DNA of 64,000 bases, taken from contig CAWCDG010000010.1 of assembly GCA_963794325.1 (NCBI GenBank), positions 1 to 64,000 of the forward strand. The letters are read 5' to 3'. Position 1 is the first letter of the stretch, and every line of letters starts with the position of its first letter. Position numbers and translations under genes: made by a program. The DNA comes from an uncultured delta proteobacterium (GTDB lineage Bacteria > Desulfobacterota > Binatia > Binatales > Binataceae). This document shows positions 58,881-64,000 of the stretch, piece after piece. The notes under the pieces were generated by a model. The model was not told where the DNA came from. It made no database searches and was given only the letters and a program-made list of their open reading frames with translations.

Positions 58881-61101
58881 CGCTTCTGAGCCTCCCTGGA
58901 ATCGCGTCTTCGTAAATTCGCTGCAACCCGGAAACGTCTTCGTCGATCGCGTTGCCAATCTTGAGCCGGGGTTCAGCGGTTACTTTTCCGACAACCTCAA
59001 ACTCGAGTCCTCGACCGGCGAACAATTTCTCGGCTTGGGCCACGTGGTCAGATGCAATCGACAAAATCACCGTCGATGCGCCCTCGCCAAAATAATCAAC
59101 CGCGTCAATTCCAGCTCGCCCAAGTTCAACTTCGGCACCCAGAATCGCCCGCGGATTGAAACAGGCTTCAGCCAACGCCACCGCTAGCCCGCCCTCGGCG
59201 ATATCGTGAGCTGATCCTATCAGCCCCAGTTCAGCCCCTTCAACCAGGCCGTCTACCAGAGCGGCTTCGCGCGCCAGGTCAATCGCGACGAGGCTCCCAC
59301 CGTCAATTCCAAAGATTGCAGAATACTCGCTCGCAGCGAGCGATGGACGCGCAGTGCGCACCGTTGCAATCGCATCGCCAGGATTCTTGAAAAACTGCGT
59401 AACGTGCTTCGCAACGTCGGTCATCAGGCCCAGCACTGCGATGGTCGGCGTCGGCGGAATCGCGTGGCCTTCGGTCTCATTGTAAAAGCTGACGTTGCCG
59501 CTGACGACCGGCGCGCCGAACGCGATCGACGCGTCGCGCAGCCCGTCGACACCGCGAATAAACTGCCACATCACCTCGGGCCGCTCCGGATTTCCGTAGT
59601 TCAGGCAGTTCGTGATTCCCACCGGACGCGCCCCGGCGCACGCCACATTGCGCGCCGCCTCACAGACCACGCCGACCGCGCCGAGATACGGATCGAGCGC
59701 GCACGCGCGAGGATTCGAATCGACTTTCAGCGCCATCGCGCGTCGCGAATTCTTGATTCGAATCACCGCCGCATCACTGCCCGGCCCCAGCACCGTGTTG
59801 CTCTGCACGATCGAATCGTACTGCCGATAAACCCACTTCTTCGACGCGACATTGGGACTATCGAGCAGCGCACGGAGTGCACTCGTCGGATCCGGATGTT
59901 TTTCATTGATGGAAGATTTCGCAGGCTGAGACTTCGGCGCACTCGCTGGACGGTCATACAGCGGTGCATCGCCGGCCAGCGAGCCGATCGGAATATCGGC
60001 GACGACCTGCCCGTGCCATCGCGCGCGCCATCGATTGTCGTCGGTGATTCGCCCGATTACGACCGCGTGCAGATCCCATTTCTCGAATACCGCCTGCAAA
60101 TCCGCTTCGCGTCCGCGCTCCGCAACGATCAGCATGCGCTCCTGCGACTCGGACAGCAGTATTTCGTAGGGCGTCAGATTCGCTTCGCGCAGCGGCACCC
60201 GGTCTAGATCGAGTTCGATCCCGAGCCCGCCATGCGACGGCATCTCGCTCGACGACGAGGTCAATCCCGCCGCGCCCATGTCCTGGATCGCAACGATCGC
60301 GCCGGTCTTGCCCGCCTCGAGGCACGCCTCGATCAGTAGTTTCTCCGTGAACGGATCTCCGACCTGCACCGCCGGGCGCTTGGCCTCGCTCTCCTTGTCG
60401 AATTCCGCCGACGCCATCGACGCGCCGTGAATTCCGTCGCGGCCCGTCGCAGATCCAACGTAAAGCACCGGGTTGCCGACGCCGCGCGCTTTCGCGCTCA
60501 TCATCTCGCCCTTGCGCACCAGCCCCAGGCAGAATGCGTTCACGAGAATATTCGCGTCGTATGCCGCGTCGAACATCACTTCGCCCGCGACTGTCGGCAC
60601 GCCCACGCAATTGCCGTAGCCGCCGATGCCGCCGACGACGCCGCCGAGCAGGTACTTGGTGCGCGGATGGTCGAACGATCCGAACTTCAGCGAGTTCATG
60701 CTCGCGACCGGACGCGCGCCCATCGTGAAAATGTCGCGCAGGATTCCGCCGACGCCAGTCGCCGCGCCCTGGTACGGCTCGACGAACGAAGGATGGTTAT
60801 GGCTTTCGATTTTGAAAACCGCGGCCCATCCGTCGCCGACGTCGATCGCGCCGGCGTTTTCGCCCGGCCCCTGCACGACGAGTTCGCTCTTCGACGGCAG
60901 CTTTCGGAGGTGAATGCGCGACGATTTGTACGAGCAATGCTCCGACCACATCACGGAGAACACGCCCAGCTCGGTGTAAGTCGGCGTGCGCCCGATGATC
61001 TGTTCGATCTTGCGATACTCGTCCGGTGTAAGCCCGAAGGCGCGCGCCTGCTCGACATCAGCTTTCGGCTCGCCCGCAAGCGAAACGGGACGCTCGCTCA
61101 T
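58873..61101 (-). CDS. purL: FGAM synthase large subunit (small PurL)
   Basis: [31 protein letters not shown]. Confidence 0.97.
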   Translation of the reverse strand: MSERPVSLAGEPKADVEQARAFGLTPDEYRKIEQIIGRTPTYTELGVFSVMWSEHCSYKSSRIHLRKLPSKSELVVQGPGENAGAIDVGDGWAAVFKIESHNHPSFVEPYQGAATGVGGILRDIFTMGARPVASMNSLKFGSFDHPRTKYLLGGVVGGIGGYGNCVGVPTVAGEVMFDAAYDANILVNAFCLGLVRKGEMMSAKARGVGNPVLYVGSATGRDGIHGASMASAEFDKESEAKRPAVQVGDPFTEKLLIEACLEAGKTGAIVAIQDMGAAGLTSSSSEMPSHGGLGIELDLDRVPLREANLTPYEILLSESQERMLIVAERGREADLQAVFEKWDLHAVVIGRITDDNRWRARWHGQVVADIPIGSLAGDAPLYDRPASAPKSQPAKSSINEKHPDPTSALRALLDSPNVASKKWVYRQYDSIVQSNTVLGPGSDAAVIRIKNSRRAMALKVDSNPRACALDPYLGAVGVVCEAARNVACAGARPVGITNCLNYGNPERPEVMWQFIRGVDGLRDASIAFGAPVVSGNVSFYNETEGHAIPPTPTIAVLGLMTDVAKHVTQFFKNPGDAIATVRTARPSLAASEYSAIFGIDGGSLVAIDLAREAALVDGLVEGAELGLIGSAHDIAEGGLAVALAEACFNPRAILGAEVELGRAGIDAVDYFGEGASTVILSIASDHVAQAEKLFAGRGLEFEVVGKVTAEPRLKIGNAIDEDVSGLQRIYEDAIPGRLRSGD

Positions 61102-61787
61102 CGCGCGCTCCCCGCTATCGATTGAAATATTTTGAGCCCGTCGATACCGCCGAGCATCGGCTCGACCGCATGCTCCGGATGCGGCATCAAACCGAAGACG
61201 TTGAAGCGCTCGTTGGCGACGCCTGCGATCGAGCGCATCGAGCCGTTGGGATTCGCCGAGTCGCTTTCGCGCCCGTCCGCATCGACGTAGCGCAGAATCA
61301 CCTGCCCGCGTTCTTCCATCTGGCGGAGTTCATCTTCAGGTGCGACGTAAAGTCCCTCGCCATGCTTGATCGGAAGCCGCAGCAGGTCGCCCTGCTTCGT
61401 CGCGCGCGTGAACGGCGTGCCGGCATTCTCGACCCGCAGCCACACGCGGTCGCATATAAAGGAGAGCGAGCGGTTGCGCGTGAGCGCGCCGGGCAGCAGA
61501 TGCGCCTCGCACAGAATCTGAAATCCATTGCAGGTGCCGATGACGAGGCCGCCGTCGGCGGCGAACTTCGCCACGCTCTTCATGATCGGCGAGAAGCGCG
61601 CGATTGCGCCGGTGCGCAGATAGTCGCCGTAGCTGAAGCCGCCCGGCAGCAGAACGCACTCGACGCCGCCGAGCGATTCATCCTTGTGCCACAGGATTCG
61701 GGCGTCCTGGCCCATCACATCAGCGAGCGCGTGGATCGCGTCGCCGTCATCCAGCGAGCCGGGGAATCGCACGACGCCCCACTTCAT
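61098..61787 (-). CDS. purQ: FGAM synthase glutaminase subunit
   Basis: [26 protein letters not shown]. Confidence 0.96.
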   Translation of the reverse strand: MKWGVVRFPGSLDDGDAIHALADVMGQDARILWHKDESLGGVECVLLPGGFSYGDYLRTGAIARFSPIMKSVAKFAADGGLVIGTCNGFQILCEAHLLPGALTRNRSLSFICDRVWLRVENAGTPFTRATKQGDLLRLPIKHGEGLYVAPEDELRQMEERGQVILRYVDADGRESDSANPNGSMRSIAGVANERFNVFGLMPHPEHAVEPMLGGIDGLKIFQSIAGSAR

Positions 61788-62029
61788 TCGCCGTCCACCT
61801 CGAAGCGGTAATCTTCGATGACCGGGTTGGCGAGCAGCGCCTCGCACATTTTTTTTGCTTCGTCGCGCGCCTCGGCGGCGCTGCGCGCATCGATCTCCAA
61901 GGTGATGTACTTGCCGACTTTGACGCCCGATACCTTTTTGAAGCCGAGACTTTGGAGCGAACTTTCAACCGCGCGCCCTTGCGGGTCGAGGATCCCCTTG
62001 CGGGGCGTCACGAACACTCTTACTTGCAA
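61784..62029 (-). CDS. purS: FGAM synthase subunit PurS
   Basis: ILDPQG..VGK..LLANPVIEDY. Confidence 0.96.
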   Translation of the reverse strand: MQVRVFVTPRKGILDPQGRAVESSLQSLGFKKVSGVKVGKYITLEIDARSAAEARDEAKKMCEALLANPVIEDYRFEVDGE

Positions 62030-62059
62030 CTCAAATCCTCTAGCGCACGCAGTCGGCCA

Positions 62060-62776
62060 TTAGTTCTCAACCCGCCGCAGCATCTCGTGATAAGCCTCTT
62101 CGACGCCGCCCAAGTCGCGCCGGAACCGATCCTTGTCGAGCTTCTGGCGCGTCGCCTTGTCCCAGAAACGGCAAGTGTCGGGACAGATCTCGTCGCCAAG
62201 CAGAATCTCGCCATGATGCCGACCGAACTCGAGCTTGAAATCCACCAGGATGACGCCGCGCTCGTCGAGGAATTTTGTGAGGATGCTATCGACCTTCAGC
62301 GCCATCGCATCCACCTGCTTCAGTTCTTCGGCGGTCGCCCATCCAAACGCGATCGCATGCTCGCCGATGATCAGCGGATCGTCGAGCGGGTCGGACTTGT
62401 AGTAGTACTCGACAATCGGATGCGGCAGCGCCTCGCCTTCCTCGCGCCCGAGCCGTTTCGCCATCGAGCCCGCCACGATATTCCGCACCACGGTCTCGAC
62501 CGGAATGATATCCAGGCGCTTGCAGAGCATCTCGCGATCGTTGAGACGGCGGACGAAGTGCGTCTTGACGCCATTCTTTTCGAGCAGCGTGAAGAACAGT
62601 TCCGACATGCGGTTGTTCATCACGCCCTTGTCTTCGATGGTGTCTTTCTTTTTGCCGTTGAAGGCGGTCGCGTCGTCTTTGAAGTACGCGATTACGAGGT
62701 CGGGGTCGGACGTGGAGTACAGTTTCTTCGCCTTGCCCTCGTAAAACATTTCGAGTTTTTGCGGAGTGGTTTCCAC
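62060..62776 (-). CDS. purC: SAICAR synthase
   Basis: [27 protein letters not shown]. Confidence 0.97.
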   Translation of the reverse strand: METTPQKLEMFYEGKAKKLYSTSDPDLVIAYFKDDATAFNGKKKDTIEDKGVMNNRMSELFFTLLEKNGVKTHFVRRLNDREMLCKRLDIIPVETVVRNIVAGSMAKRLGREEGEALPHPIVEYYYKSDPLDDPLIIGEHAIAFGWATAEELKQVDAMALKVDSILTKFLDERGVILVDFKLEFGRHHGEILLGDEICPDTCRFWDKATRQKLDKDRFRRDLGGVEEAYHEMLRRVEN

Positions 62777-62904
62777 GATGCGTTCTCCCTTAGGTTCGAT
62801 TGGAATATCTTAATCTAATCATCTTACCGACCGGTCGCCTCATCACAACGAACCTGGCGCCAGTTGTCCACAAATCTGAGCGCGGCCGTTGTGGATAGCC
62901 GCGC

Positions 62905-64000
62905 TCATCGCTTCGCGGCGCGCACCCTTTTCGCAATTGCGAGGTCTGCCTTTGCGGGAGGCGCGAACACCTCGACCAGTTTCGCCGCGAGCCCGACGTA
63001 GCTGCGCGGATTCAGCTCGCGCAGAGCGCGCTTGGCGCCGTCGTCCAGCGGCAGCGTCGCGATGAATTCTTCGATCACGCGGCGATCGATCCGCCGTCCA
63101 CGCGTCAGCTCCTTGAGCGTCTCGTACGGTTTCGGCATCCCATGACGCCGCATCAGAGTCTGAATCGCCTCGGCGACGACCTCCCACGCCTGCTCAGCCT
63201 CGAGGTCCTCACAGATTCGCGCCTCGTTGACCTCGACGCGAGCAAGCCCGCGCTCCAACGACGCCAGCGCGACCACCAGATGCCCGAACGCAGTGCCCAT
63301 CGCGCGAATCGCGGTGCTGTCGGTCAGATCCCGCTGCCATCGCGAGACCGGCAGCTTCTCCGCGAGATGACCGAATAGCGCGTTTGCGATTCCGAGGTTG
63401 CCCTCGCAGTTCTCGAAGTCGATCGGATTCACCTTGTGCGGCATCACCGACGAGCCGGTCTCACCCGCGACCGTCTTCTGCGCGAAATAGCCGATCGAAA
63501 TGTAGCTCCACATGTCGCGGCAGAAGCCGAGGAGGATGGTGTCGATGCGCATCAGGATGCCGAACAGCTCGGCGATAAAATCGTGGCTTTCGATTTGAGT
63601 GGTGAGCGGATTCCAGGTCAGGCCGAGGCGCTCGACGAATTTCTGCGAGTGCGCGATCCAATCGACCTCGCGATGCGCGAAGTGATGCGCGTTGAAGTTG
63701 CCGACCGCGCCGTTGAGCTTGCCCAGAAATTCCTGCCGGCGAAGCTGCGAGAGCTGGCGGTCGATGCGCGTCGCGAAAATCGCCATCTCCTTGCCGACCG
63801 TGGTCGGCGACGCTTCCTGGCCGTGCGTCCGCGCCATCATCGGATGCGCCTTGTAGCGATGCGCCAGCTTGACGATCGGCGCGTTGGCCGCTTCGAGCCG
63901 CACTGTCAGGTCGTTCGCGACGAACTCCTTCAGGATGAGCGCGTAGGCGAGGTTGTTGATGTCCTCGGAGGTGCAGGCGAAATGCACCATCTCGATTGGG
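62905..64000 (-). CDS. purB: Adenylosuccinate lyase (5' end outside the window)
   Basis: HFACTSEDINN, RTHGQ, GSSVMPHKVNPIDFEN, SRWQRDL. Confidence 0.96.
   Translation of the reverse strand, partial: PIEMVHFACTSEDINNLAYALILKEFVANDLTVRLEAANAPIVKLAHRYKAHPMMARTHGQEASPTTVGKEMAIFATRIDRQLSQLRRQEFLGKLNGAVGNFNAHHFAHREVDWIAHSQKFVERLGLTWNPLTTQIESHDFIAELFGILMRIDTILLGFCRDMWSYISIGYFAQKTVAGETGSSVMPHKVNPIDFENCEGNLGIANALFGHLAEKLPVSRWQRDLTDSTAIRAMGTAFGHLVVALASLERGLARVEVNEARICEDLEAEQAWEVVAEAIQTLMRRHGMPKPYETLKELTRGRRIDRRVIEEFIATLPLDDGAKRALRELNPRSYVGLAAKLVEVFAPPAKADLAIAKRVRAAKR

Noticed and set aside
1677-62818. Many long antisense ORFs (e.g. 1677-2891, 29613-31166, 34037-35266, 61952-62818)
   Set aside because: Typical high-GC shadow ORFs opposite well-supported genes
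57402-64000. E. coli-type PurB alongside split PurL/Q/S
   Set aside because: Ordinary housekeeping mosaic; no sign of a novel system
1-64000. CRISPR arrays, tRNA/rRNA, integrases, reverse transcriptases, transposases
   Set aside because: None recognised by eye; repeats are dispersed rather than regularly spaced

Overview
GC-rich bacterial chromosomal window. Gene content (DUF1329, LLM oxidoreductase, Ccr, split PurL/Q/S, priB plus DUF2232 in the S6-S18-L9 operon) suggests Candidatus Binatota/Binataceae; this is an inference, not a database result. The core is housekeeping: an isc operon (iscSUA-hscBA-iscX), secF, trmI, a class A PBP, manC/algC, an LpxL-family acyltransferase, glgC, rpsF-priB-rpsR-DUF2232-rplI with an S6:S18 leader, and purB-C-S-Q-L-F. 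Accessory modules are a bufferin-like MNIO RiPP locus (Cys-rich precursor, DUF692, DUF2063) divergent from an ECF sigma/zinc anti-sigma pair; a Tat-exported PaoABC-like molybdoenzyme with an attached 65-aa Cys protein; and a STAND ATPase regulator with a secreted partner. A ~1.3 kb island (22.9-24.2 kb) holds degenerate small secreted genes that share constant N- and C-termini (..DDPRLK). Intergenic space carries at least five palindromic repeat families, including a nested 256-bp inverted-repeat element and a gene bracketed by perfect 51-bp inverted repeats. No transposase, tRNA, rRNA or CRISPR array was seen. Single-base frameshifts in otherwise intact genes suggest assembly indel errors, which weakens pseudogene calls.
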